A stretch of 64,000 bases of DNA from assembly GCA_964510085.1 (NCBI GenBank), contig CAZEAB010000001.1, positions 5,753 through 69,752 on the forward strand. Direction: 5' to 3'. Of the stretch, positions 55,903 through 64,000 are shown piece after piece. The stretch comes from an uncultured Methanosarcinales archaeon (GTDB taxonomy: Archaea; Nanobdellota; Nanobdellia; Woesearchaeales; GW2011-AR9). Position numbers and translations under genes: made by a program. Positions within the stretch are counted from its first letter, which is position 1. Each line of letters opens with the position of its first letter. The notes beneath the pieces are model-generated. The model was not told the origin of the DNA and did not search any database. It worked only from the letters and a program-made list of their open reading frames with translations.

Positions 55903-57414
55903 ATGGATTTATCTAATCTTATAGCAAAATTACATCCACTTGAAAGACAAGTGTTACCACATTTGCTAGAGAATAGTACTCTTCCAACCATTATTTCTGC
56001 TTCTGGGATGAAAGAAATCGAAATTACTCGGGCATTACAATGGCTTGAGAACAAAGAAGCGCTTAAAATTCATGTTAACAAAAGAAAGGTAGTATCATTA
56101 GATACAAACGGATTTCGATATCAAAGAGAAGGGTTACCTGAAAAGAAATTTTTAGAAGTACTTGAAGACGAGTTTAAAGGATTAAATGTAATTACAAAAA
56201 AATCAAGATTATCTCGAGAGGAAATTAATGCATGTATTGGTTTATTAAAACGAAAGAATGCAATTGATGTACAGAAAGAAGAGATATTACAAATTAAAAT
56301 TACTGAAGATGGGAAGAAACTATTACAAGACACATCACCAGAAGAAACTTTTCTTAAAAATGAATTCCCCGCAGATATTGAAAAACTTGACAACAACATA
56401 TTAAACGAACTTAAGAAACGTAAAAACTTTGTTAAAGTAGATGAAATCAAAGATGTTTCAATCACCTTAACTGAGTTAGGAAAAGAATTATCAAAAGCTG
56501 ATTTAAAAGCGCCAGTTGTCAACAGATTAACAACAGCAATGCTAAAAGATGGGTCTTGGAAAGACAAGGTTTTTCGTGCGTATGATGTAGAAATCAATGT
56601 ACCTGCAAAGTTTGGTGGGAAAAAACATTTTGTTAATGAAGCTCTGGAATATGTTAAAAAAATATGGCTTGAGATGGGTTTCAAAGAAGTTACAGGTAAT
56701 TATGTTCAATCCGCTTTTTGGGATTTAGATGCATTATTTGTTCCACAAGATCATCCAGCAAGAGAAATGCAAGACACATATTACATTCCTGGAAAAGCAA
56801 AACTTCCTGAAGTATGGAAAAAAATTAAAGATGTTCATGAAAATGGGGGAGATACTGGAAGTACTGGATGGAAATATGAATTTTCTGAAGATGAAACTTC
56901 TAAAATCTTATTGCGAACACATACAACCGTACTCTCAGCTCAAGTTCTCTCTAAACTAACAAAAGAAGATCTTCCTGCAAAATTCTTTTTTGTAGATAAA
57001 GTATTTAGAAACGAGGCACTTGATTGGAAACATCTCTTCGAATTTTATCAAGTAGATGGAATTGTAGTGGACCCAAATGCAAATTTAACTCACTTAAAAG
57101 GATACTTAACACAATTTTATAAGAAAATGGGGTATGAAAAAGTAAGAATGAGACCTGCACATTTCCCATATACTGAACCAAGTTTAGAGGTAGATGTATT
57201 TCATCCTGTCAAAAAAGAATGGATTGAATTAGGCGGTGCGGGTATTTTTAGGCCAGAAGTTGTGAAACCATTACTTGGATTTGAATGTCCAGTACTTGCG
57301 TGGGGACAAGGAATGGGAAGAATTATTTCAGAATATTGGAACATTACAGACATTCGAGATTTGTATAGGAATGACATTAAACAACTACGAGAAATGAGGG
57401 TGTGGTTAAAATGA
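55903..57414 (+). CDS. pheS: Phenylalanyl-tRNA synthetase alpha subunit (archaeal type)
   Basis: 'HPAREMQDTYY', 'LLRTHTT', 'FRNE', 'FPYTEPS', 'GAGIFRPEV'. Confidence 0.9.
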   Translation: MDLSNLIAKLHPLERQVLPHLLENSTLPTIISASGMKEIEITRALQWLENKEALKIHVNKRKVVSLDTNGFRYQREGLPEKKFLEVLEDEFKGLNVITKKSRLSREEINACIGLLKRKNAIDVQKEEILQIKITEDGKKLLQDTSPEETFLKNEFPADIEKLDNNILNELKKRKNFVKVDEIKDVSITLTELGKELSKADLKAPVVNRLTTAMLKDGSWKDKVFRAYDVEINVPAKFGGKKHFVNEALEYVKKIWLEMGFKEVTGNYVQSAFWDLDALFVPQDHPAREMQDTYYIPGKAKLPEVWKKIKDVHENGGDTGSTGWKYEFSEDETSKILLRTHTTVLSAQVLSKLTKEDLPAKFFFVDKVFRNEALDWKHLFEFYQVDGIVVDPNANLTHLKGYLTQFYKKMGYEKVRMRPAHFPYTEPSLEVDVFHPVKKEWIELGGAGIFRPEVVKPLLGFECPVLAWGQGMGRIISEYWNITDIRDLYRNDIKQLREMRVWLK

Positions 57415-57423
57415 ATATGTTAA

Positions 57424-59079
57424 ATGGAGGAACAATATAAATTGCCAACTGTAACATTAAACAAAACTGTATTTGAAAAATTAGTTGGAAAAGAACTTCC
57501 TCTTGAAGAATTGAAAGATCGTATTAGTATGCTTGGGACGGATCTTGAAAGTATTGAAAATGATGAGATTCATGTAGAAATATTCCCAAATAGGCCAGAT
57601 TTATTATCGGAACAAGGATTCGCACGTGCGTTCTCATCTTTTATTGGAGTTCAGCCAGGATTAAGAAATTATAAAGTACAATCAAGCGGACAAAAAGTTA
57701 TTGTTGACTCTTCCGTCACCATGAGACCTTATACAGCATGTGCAATAGTTAGAAATCTTTCATTAAATGATGAACGTATTAGAGAGTTAATGCAAGTACA
57801 AGAGAAATTAGCAACAACACACGGAAGAAATAGAAAAAAATCTGCATACGGGGTTTATCCATTAAACCCTATTGTATTTCCTATTAATTACATTGCAAAA
57901 AAACCAAAAGAGGTTACGTTCAGGCCCTTAGGGTTTGAACAAGAAGTTGTTGCATCAGACGTTCCAGAAAATCATCCAAAAGGAAAAACCTTTGCCCATT
58001 TAACCAAAGATTGGAACGAGTATCCTTTTTTTATTGATGGAGCTGATAACGTAATGTGCATGCTTCCATTTACAAACTCCCATGATACTGGAAAGGTAGA
58101 TGAAACAACAAAGGATGTATTTGTAGAATGTACAGGAAATGATTTAGATAACGTTCAAGTTGCATTAAACATACTTGTTACCACATTAGCTGACATGGGT
58201 GGTGAGATTTATTCTCTCGAAATTGAATATCCTGATAAAAAAATTACAACACCTAACTTAGAACCAAGAATAATGAAATTTGATATAGATTACATTAACA
58301 AACGCTTAGGATTAACATTATCTGATAATGAGGCAAAAAAACTTCTTGAAAAAATGGGTTTTGGATATGAGCAAGGTAATGTACTTATACCTGCATATAG
58401 AGCAGACATTCTTCATCAAGTTGATTTTGCGGAAGATATTGCAATTGCATATGGATATGAAAACTTTCACGCAGAGATTCCACAAGTTGCAACAATAGGA
58501 GAAAGTGATCCTCTTGAAAATTTTGTGGACAAATTACGGGAAATTCTTGTTGGAGCAAAGTTATTAGAAGCAAAAAATTATCATATAACTACTACACATG
58601 ATTTGAATGAGAAAATGTTGCAAGAAAATAAAGTAATAGAATTACTAAATGCAGTTGGTGAACATAATACCCTACGTAATTCCATCATCCCAGGATTACT
58701 CAAAAATCTCTCACAAAATCAACATCACGAATATCCTCAAAACTTATTTGAAGTTGGGAAAATATTTACATCAGGTGATACAGAAACTGGAGTACAAGAA
58801 ACCCACAAATTAGGACTCGTATTGTGCCATGAAAAAACTGACTTCACTGAAATAAAACAAATTTTGGGTATTCTCTGTGAATCTTTGGGATTACAATACA
58901 GTGTTACAGAACATGAACAAAGCTCTTGCATTATGGGAAGGTCTGGTCAGATTATAATTAATAATAAGAAAATTGGTTTTATTGGAGAGATACATCCACA
59001 AGTTCTTACAAATTGGGAGTTGATAGTACCAGTAGTTGTTTTAGAATTAAATGTTGAAAAATTATTAATAAAAAAATAA
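57424..59079 (+). CDS. pheT: Phenylalanyl-tRNA synthetase beta subunit (archaeal type)
   Basis: B3/4-B5 architecture, 'IPAYRADILHQVDFAEDIAIAYGY'; immediately follows pheS. Confidence 0.9.
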   Translation: MEEQYKLPTVTLNKTVFEKLVGKELPLEELKDRISMLGTDLESIENDEIHVEIFPNRPDLLSEQGFARAFSSFIGVQPGLRNYKVQSSGQKVIVDSSVTMRPYTACAIVRNLSLNDERIRELMQVQEKLATTHGRNRKKSAYGVYPLNPIVFPINYIAKKPKEVTFRPLGFEQEVVASDVPENHPKGKTFAHLTKDWNEYPFFIDGADNVMCMLPFTNSHDTGKVDETTKDVFVECTGNDLDNVQVALNILVTTLADMGGEIYSLEIEYPDKKITTPNLEPRIMKFDIDYINKRLGLTLSDNEAKKLLEKMGFGYEQGNVLIPAYRADILHQVDFAEDIAIAYGYENFHAEIPQVATIGESDPLENFVDKLREILVGAKLLEAKNYHITTTHDLNEKMLQENKVIELLNAVGEHNTLRNSIIPGLLKNLSQNQHHEYPQNLFEVGKIFTSGDTETGVQETHKLGLVLCHEKTDFTEIKQILGILCESLGLQYSVTEHEQSSCIMGRSGQIIINNKKIGFIGEIHPQVLTNWELIVPVVVLELNVEKLLIKK

Positions 59080-59083
59080 AAAA

Positions 59084-59992
59084 TTATTCCTTCTTTTCTT
59101 CTTCAAACAAACTTTCTGCAAAAGGTGTTTCTTTAATTAAATCGCCCTTTTTATCAAACGCTTCTTTAGTTGCTTTGATTAAATCTGCTGCAGTAGGAAG
59201 GTCTTCGTCTGATTCTTCTTTAACCGGTTCCTTTGGTTTCTCTTCTTCAGCAGGTGCGTCTTCCTTTGGCCGTTCTTCAACAGGTTCTGCAGGTTCTTGT
59301 GTTGATTCTTCAACAGGAGCTTCTGGTTCAGCTACTGGAGCTTCCTCTGCTGGAGCTGCTTCCGGGCATACGTGATCTGGAGTTAATTCTCCACCACATT
59401 TCTCGCATGTAGCTGGTTCCTCGCTTGGTTCTACTACTGAAACTTCTTTAGGTTCCGCTGGGGATTCTTCAACTGATCCAGTAGTTTCTTCTTTTTGTTC
59501 TTCAGCAACCTCTACAGCTTCCTCAGCTTTATCAAGAACAGTTTCTTCATTCTCAGCTACAGGGACCTTTTCTTCCTTCTTTTCTTGTGCCTTAGCTTCT
59601 TCTACCAAATCTTCTACTTTCTTCTCAACAGCTTTCTCTTCCTTCTTTTCTTCCTTCTTAGGTTTAGAAATTTTCTTTTGCTTTTCTGCTGGTTTCTTAT
59701 CTGAAGATTTTGCTTTCTGCTTCTTAGGTCTCTCTGTTGGCTTTTTTGCTTTTGTTTCCCACATTGGCAAATTTAATTTATCAAAAGCTTTCTTCACATC
59801 TGAATGGCTTGCACCTGATTTAATATCAACGGTTTGAGAAAGAGGTTCAAGATGTTTTACATTAACTTTCTTTCGTCGAACGTTTCCATCAATTGTTACA
59901 AAACCTTTGTCTCCTGATTCCACAACCACACATTTTCGTCCTGCATCTCGTCCTGCGATTTTCACACAAAGTCTTCCTACATCAAAAATCAT
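59084..59992 (-). CDS. rpl14e: Ribosomal protein eL14 (KOW) with about 200-aa low-complexity K/E/A/P-rich C-terminal extension containing a CxxC...C element
   Basis: 'GRLCVKIAGRDAGRKCVVVE' KOW/L14e core in the first about 95 aa. Then EKK/EEK repeats, 'TCEKCGGELTPDHVCPE', and AP/EP repeats. Confidence 0.8.
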   Translation of the reverse strand: MIFDVGRLCVKIAGRDAGRKCVVVESGDKGFVTIDGNVRRKKVNVKHLEPLSQTVDIKSGASHSDVKKAFDKLNLPMWETKAKKPTERPKKQKAKSSDKKPAEKQKKISKPKKEEKKEEKAVEKKVEDLVEEAKAQEKKEEKVPVAENEETVLDKAEEAVEVAEEQKEETTGSVEESPAEPKEVSVVEPSEEPATCEKCGGELTPDHVCPEAAPAEEAPVAEPEAPVEESTQEPAEPVEERPKEDAPAEEEKPKEPVKEESDEDLPTAADLIKATKEAFDKKGDLIKETPFAESLFEEEKKE

Positions 59993-60264
59993 TGTGATTC
60001 ACCTCGTGCTTTCTCACGTAACAATTCTCGTGTACACTTTGAACATAGAACTCCACCGTATGGCCTATCTGGCCTTTTCTGGGTTTTTGGCATGTTAACC
60101 ATCTTAGCTGGTCGCTCCCGTGGAACTCCTGCTAATTGTGTCTTACATCGTCCGCAAGCTGCTTTGCTTGGTTTTCTCTCTCGAAAGTGGACGTTAGTCT
60201 TACTTCCGGGAGTTTTGACAAATATTTTTCTATATCTTCCTGATTTATGTTTTCCTGCTGGCAT
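59989..60264 (-). CDS. rpl34e: Ribosomal protein eL34
   Basis: 'GRYRKIFVKTPG', 'CGRCKTQLAGVP', 'RPYGGVLCSKC'. Start at 'MPAGKHKS'; ATGA overlap with L14e. Confidence 0.85.
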   Translation of the reverse strand: MPAGKHKSGRYRKIFVKTPGSKTNVHFRERKPSKAACGRCKTQLAGVPRERPAKMVNMPKTQKRPDRPYGGVLCSKCTRELLREKARGESQ

Positions 60265-60404
60265 CTTATTTATTCTCCAGACAACGTTAGAATAAGCGAT
60301 TAATAATCTCACTTGATTCGAGTTGCCTCAAAATCTATCCCAATGGGATATAAAGTGTTAGAATGTGGTTTGTTTATAAAGTTTACTAGGAAAAATGTAA
60401 GAAA

Positions 60405-61172
60405 TCAATACACCTTAAACCATTTCCGTAACACTATACTAAAAATTATTGAGAAAATAATATATGTCCCTAACCACCCTGGTTTCCAACCAAAAAAGCT
60501 ACCATCCCATACTTCTGAAAATGGCTCAAACTTATCATGCTTTACAATGATTTTTGTGATATCAGATTTATCAAATTCAGATACTGGTTCAATATATTTC
60601 TGTTCTGTTGTTACAAGAACTTCCCTGCTTCTTTCATCACCGGGTGTTTTTACTATGAGTGTATGCAACCCTTCTGTTCCCGTCAACCTCCAAGTAGCTT
60701 TACTATTAATCTTTTGCTCAGACGTTGCAACTACTTTCTCTCCTGTTTTTATTTCTAATGTTGCCATTCCTGTTATTCCTTCAGCAAATTCTGCCTGAAC
60801 TTCATATTTATCGCCGGGCATTATTGGGTCGTATACTAAATGAGCTGACATCCAGCCAAAGATTAAGATTATTGGAATAAATGTATAAATCATTGCTTTA
60901 AATGAATGCTTCATATATTCCATGTTAGCACCCATTGCTTCTTTTTGAACCTTCATCATTTGTTCAGGTTCACTTCGAAGTGTTTTCATTCGTTTTTGAT
61001 ATTCTTTTTGCCGTTCTTTAAGACGTTTCATTTCATCTTGATTTGTTGCATATTTATACACTAATGTAATAATAAGAGAAATAATAAGAGCCAAGATAAC
61101 TAATCCCCAAAATGGACTAAAGTTTAGTAAAGGTTGAAATAATGGATTTAATATTGGATCTAATAATGCCAT
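60405..61172 (-). CDS. DUF106 / EMC3-TMCO1-like (archaeal YidC/Oxa1-like) membrane protein with an inserted about 110-aa beta-rich domain
   Basis: TM1 plus 'DEMKRLKERQKEYQKRMKTLR' coiled coil plus TM2, typical of DUF106. A long hydrophilic insert precedes the last TM. Its position between secY and L34e is the conserved one. Confidence 0.65.
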   Translation of the reverse strand: MALLDPILNPLFQPLLNFSPFWGLVILALIISLIITLVYKYATNQDEMKRLKERQKEYQKRMKTLRSEPEQMMKVQKEAMGANMEYMKHSFKAMIYTFIPIILIFGWMSAHLVYDPIMPGDKYEVQAEFAEGITGMATLEIKTGEKVVATSEQKINSKATWRLTGTEGLHTLIVKTPGDERSREVLVTTEQKYIEPVSEFDKSDITKIIVKHDKFEPFSEVWDGSFFGWKPGWLGTYIIFSIIFSIVLRKWFKVY

Positions 61173-61219
61173 TTTACAGTTACCTTATCCTTCATTTATA
61201 AATTTGTTGTTTCATTCTT

Positions 61220-61408
61220 CTATACTCTTTCTTTACTTGTTTCTTGAACATTATGAATATCTTCCTTATCAACTTCAATAAAAAATGTGTTTATATGCCC
61301 ACAAGAAGAACATTCGTATTTTGGTGGTAATCCATATCCCCATACTGCGTGGTTTGAGAAATCTACATGTACATCCTCTGATTTGCACTTTGGACAAATC
61401 TTAACCAT
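61220..61408 (-). CDS. Small zinc-ribbon protein
   Basis: 'CPKCKS...CSSCGH' two CxxC pairs; 62 aa. Confidence 0.5.
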   Translation of the reverse strand: MVKICPKCKSEDVHVDFSNHAVWGYGLPPKYECSSCGHINTFFIEVDKEDIHNVQETSKERV

Positions 61409-61410
61409 TT

Positions 61411-62799
61411 TTATTCCATAAACTTTCTCATAGCAGGATGCATGTCCATCATATGTTGTTTTGCAATTTCTTCATATAATTTGTATACAATCATAACTGC
61501 TAATAAAATACCGGTTCCATTACTCAATGTGCCTGTAAGATCTGCTATTGCTGCTAATAAACCAACTGCTGCCCCACCAACAATTGTTAGAGGCCATATG
61601 TATCTACTTAAAATTTTCTCTAAAACTCGTTCATCCCGTCTAAAACCAGGAATTTGTAATCCTGAAGACATAATTTGTTTTGCTTGACTTTTAGCATCCA
61701 TACCAGCAGTTTGCATCCAAAAAATACTAAATACAACTGAACCAATAATAAAAAGAAGAGAATATGTAGCTGCCTGGCCTAATTGAATCAATGTAAAACT
61801 TCCCTGAATAAAACTTTCTACAACATTCGGAGGAGTTGTCCAAAATACTAACCCACTTACAGGAGTTGTGTTTGAAAAAGTTCCTAAAAGAGGATATCCC
61901 CAATTTTCTAATAATCGTGCAAATAATTGAATGTTTGCCATTAATGCTGCAACTAAAATAACTGGGATGTTTGATGTATAAAAGAAATTCAGAGGCCATC
62001 TCATTCCATATCCTCTTACTCGTCCAAATGATAATGGTATTTCAACCTTCATTGCTTGACCAAATACACAAATGGCAAAAACAGCAACTGTGGCCACTAC
62101 TGCAGCAAATTGTAAACTAGCACCAGTAACATTTCCTAATGCGAATGATTGGAATAATGCGGGAATTGCTCCTGCTGAAATATCTGGGTTACTCGGACTT
62201 GGCAAGAAATTTAATGCTCTTATAAAAATTTGCTGAGATACTCCTGCTGCAATAAAAAGGCTTATACCTGAACCAAAACCCCATTTACTAACTACTTCAT
62301 CCATAAACATAATCAAAATACCACCTAAAATCAACTGAAAAATTAAAACTCCTTGTAATTGTGCATATACTGGTGTTCCTATTAATCCTTGTGATGGAGC
62401 TAGACCCCCCATAATAACATAAATAATTCCCTCTAAAACAATAAAGAAAACTGAAGAAACTTTTTGAAGCCCTTGGAACTTCTTCTTTCCTTCTGCTGTG
62501 GTCATATCCATATTAAGGATACCTGTTCCCGACAATAATTGTAATACAATAGATGCTGTTACAATAGGACCAATACCTAAACTAATAATGCTTCCAAACG
62601 ATGCCCCTAAAATGATTGAAAGAAATTCAAACTGTTGTAATGCGTTCTCACCAAGACCAAATAAAGGTACAAAACCAAGAACATAGAATAATACAAGAAT
62701 TACTAATGTCCACTTTAACTTCTCCTTAAAAGGTAACCTCTTCTGTTGTGGACCTCTTACTTCAGGAAAGTAAGAAGTGATGGTCTCAAGTAATCCCAT
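61411..62799 (-). CDS. secY: Preprotein translocase subunit SecY
   Basis: 10-TM pattern, 'LGIGPIVTASIVLQLL', 'ISLFIAAGV'. Start at 'MGLLETI' avoids overlap with L15. Confidence 0.9.
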   Translation of the reverse strand: MGLLETITSYFPEVRGPQQKRLPFKEKLKWTLVILVLFYVLGFVPLFGLGENALQQFEFLSIILGASFGSIISLGIGPIVTASIVLQLLSGTGILNMDMTTAEGKKKFQGLQKVSSVFFIVLEGIIYVIMGGLAPSQGLIGTPVYAQLQGVLIFQLILGGILIMFMDEVVSKWGFGSGISLFIAAGVSQQIFIRALNFLPSPSNPDISAGAIPALFQSFALGNVTGASLQFAAVVATVAVFAICVFGQAMKVEIPLSFGRVRGYGMRWPLNFFYTSNIPVILVAALMANIQLFARLLENWGYPLLGTFSNTTPVSGLVFWTTPPNVVESFIQGSFTLIQLGQAATYSLLFIIGSVVFSIFWMQTAGMDAKSQAKQIMSSGLQIPGFRRDERVLEKILSRYIWPLTIVGGAAVGLLAAIADLTGTLSNGTGILLAVMIVYKLYEEIAKQHMMDMHPAMRKFME

Positions 62800-62803
62800 T
62801 TTG

Positions 62804-63280
62804 TTAGTTTTCCGATGGAGCTTGTGCGTCTGCAACTGTTTCTGCTACAGCAAGTTCAACAACTTGCCCGCCCGCTTCTTTAATTTTTGCTGCTGCAGTA
62901 TCACTACATGCACCAACTAATTTAAGCTTTACGGAAAGTGTACCAGCGCCAAGTACTTTTTGAATACGTAATTTTGCTAAATCTATCACAAATAAATCTC
63001 CTTCCTTAGAGACTTTTCCTTTTTGTTCAAGTAAGGTTAATTTTGTAAGGGTAAAATGTCCAACATTTAATGAAGTTGTCTTTGAAGTATGTCTTCCTCG
63101 AGGTTTAAATCCGCTTCTACCAAGAACAACGCCTCTTCTCTTATGGCCCGCTCGTTTTCCTGTTCCTGCATTTCCTCTTCCTCCTCGCGAACCTGCTCCT
63201 CGACGTTTCTTTCGATGACCGCCACCATGCGTTGTGTGAGATCTGTACTTCCCAACTTTTTTCTTTCGATGAACTACCAT
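62804..63280 (-). CDS. rpl15: Ribosomal protein uL15
   Basis: 'HGGGHRKKRRGAGSRGGRGNAGTGK' Gly/Arg-rich N-terminus; lies upstream of secY. Confidence 0.9.
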   Translation of the reverse strand: MVVHRKKKVGKYRSHTTHGGGHRKKRRGAGSRGGRGNAGTGKRAGHKRRGVVLGRSGFKPRGRHTSKTTSLNVGHFTLTKLTLLEQKGKVSKEGDLFVIDLAKLRIQKVLGAGTLSVKLKLVGACSDTAAAKIKEAGGQVVELAVAETVADAQAPSEN

Positions 63281-63711
63281 TATAGCATCCTCTTAATCAA
63301 ATCATCCATTTTATCAGCTCGATCACCAAGACCGCCACCTAATTTGAAAGGCATTTTGATACCTTTTCTTCCAAATCCTTTTCGTGGAGGATTTAACCTA
63401 AAATATCTTTTATACTTTTTTCCATCTACTTCAAGAGATTTGTAAGTATATTTTTTCTTAGAATCTTCTACACGACCTTTCCATTCCTCACCACGTTTTG
63501 CAACAAGTTCTTTGAAAACTTCTTCACTTATAGGTCCCCAGGTAATGTAATCTTTTGCTTTCTTAATCATACCTACATTAATTGGATTATTTGGAATAAC
63601 AACACAATGATTCTTCCTAGTTAGACCTAACATACTAAGAGTATCTTTTACATCTTGACGAACTCCTACAAGTCCACGTACTAAGATGATTGCTATTTTT
63701 TCATTTGCCAT
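63280..63711 (-). CDS. rpl30: Ribosomal protein uL30
   Basis: 'IAIILVRGLVGVRQDVKDTLSMLGL'; conserved S5-L30-L15 order. Confidence 0.9.
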   Translation of the reverse strand: MANEKIAIILVRGLVGVRQDVKDTLSMLGLTRKNHCVVIPNNPINVGMIKKAKDYITWGPISEEVFKELVAKRGEEWKGRVEDSKKKYTYKSLEVDGKKYKRYFRLNPPRKGFGRKGIKMPFKLGGGLGDRADKMDDLIKRML

Positions 63712-64000
63712 TATGATTCTGCCTCTGTAGGAATATCTCGAAGTTTTCCTTCTACAATTCCAAGTTGCTCAACATGATGAGGTAATACTTTTACTTCAGA
63801 AAGTTTTCGTAATGCATCTAATAACGCACTTATTAAATTTAATTTGGTTTTAGTTTGACCTTTAGTTGTACTCCAAATATCTTTAATTCCTGCTAATTCT
63901 AATATTTTTGCACATTCTTTTTCAATACATAAACCCTTGCCTCTCGGTGCAGGCATTAGTTTAATTATTACTGAACCACATTTTCCTTCTACCGCAAATG
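63711..64000 (-). CDS. rps5: Ribosomal protein uS5 (C-terminal part; gene continues beyond the window)
   Basis: 'PAPRGKGL..AGIKDIWSTTKGQTKTKLNLISA'. The frame stays open to the window edge. Confidence 0.85.
   Translation of the reverse strand, partial: FAVEGKCGSVIIKLMPAPRGKGLCIEKECAKILELAGIKDIWSTTKGQTKTKLNLISALLDALRKLSEVKVLPHHVEQLGIVEGKLRDIPTEAES

Noticed and set aside
60313-60798. 161-aa plus-strand ORF
   Set aside because: It is antisense to the DUF106 insertase gene, whose position in the ribosomal cluster is conserved.

Overview
This is an AT-rich archaeal chromosome segment (about one-third GC by eye). Archaeal identity rests on e-type ribosomal proteins (eS19, eL39, eL31, eS1, eL33, eL14, eL34), a thermosome, Cbf5, Pelota, archaeal-type PheRS alpha/beta, a presenilin-like protease, intron-containing tRNAs and a stand-alone 5S rRNA. 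Heavy gene fusion, many start/stop overlaps, a secY-L14e cluster lacking adk/cmk, and many orphan membrane or surface proteins suggest a small-genome, DPANN-like organism; that placement is inference. Layout: (i) 1-22.8 kb is a large surface-glycan locus. It contains homologs of all four core enzymes of the Campylobacter O-methyl-phosphoramidate donor pathway. It also contains a full sulfate-activation cycle: a pyruvate-kinase::ATP-sulfurylase fusion, APS-kinase-like kinase, sulfotransferase, and a CysQ domain fused to a SucC/ATP-citrate-lyase-like subunit. Nucleotide-sugar enzymes, a flippase and a 5S rRNA gene with a partial tandem copy are also here. (ii) 22.8-34.3 kb holds housekeeping genes: MetAP, HisRS followed by two different intron-containing tRNA-His(GUG) genes, a lipid-kinase fusion, thermosome, presenilin homolog and a HerA-like ATPase. 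(iii) 34.4-39.9 kb is a translationally coupled four-gene operon of unknown membrane, zinc-ribbon and helical proteins. (iv) 40.5-44.1 kb holds ribosomal protein and Cbf5 genes. (v) 44.4-47.8 kb is a compositionally distinct island: C39-like peptidase, GCS2 carboxylate-amine ligase, class-II amidotransferase. (vi) 47.8-53.8 kb is a surface-protein cluster including a pilin-like class-III signal peptide. (vii) 53.9-64 kb holds Pelota, TrmB, PheRS and the distal ribosomal/SecY cluster. Two genes carry single-base frameshifts. No CRISPR array, transposase or integrase was seen. All calls come from reading motifs in the supplied translations and sequence; no database search was run.
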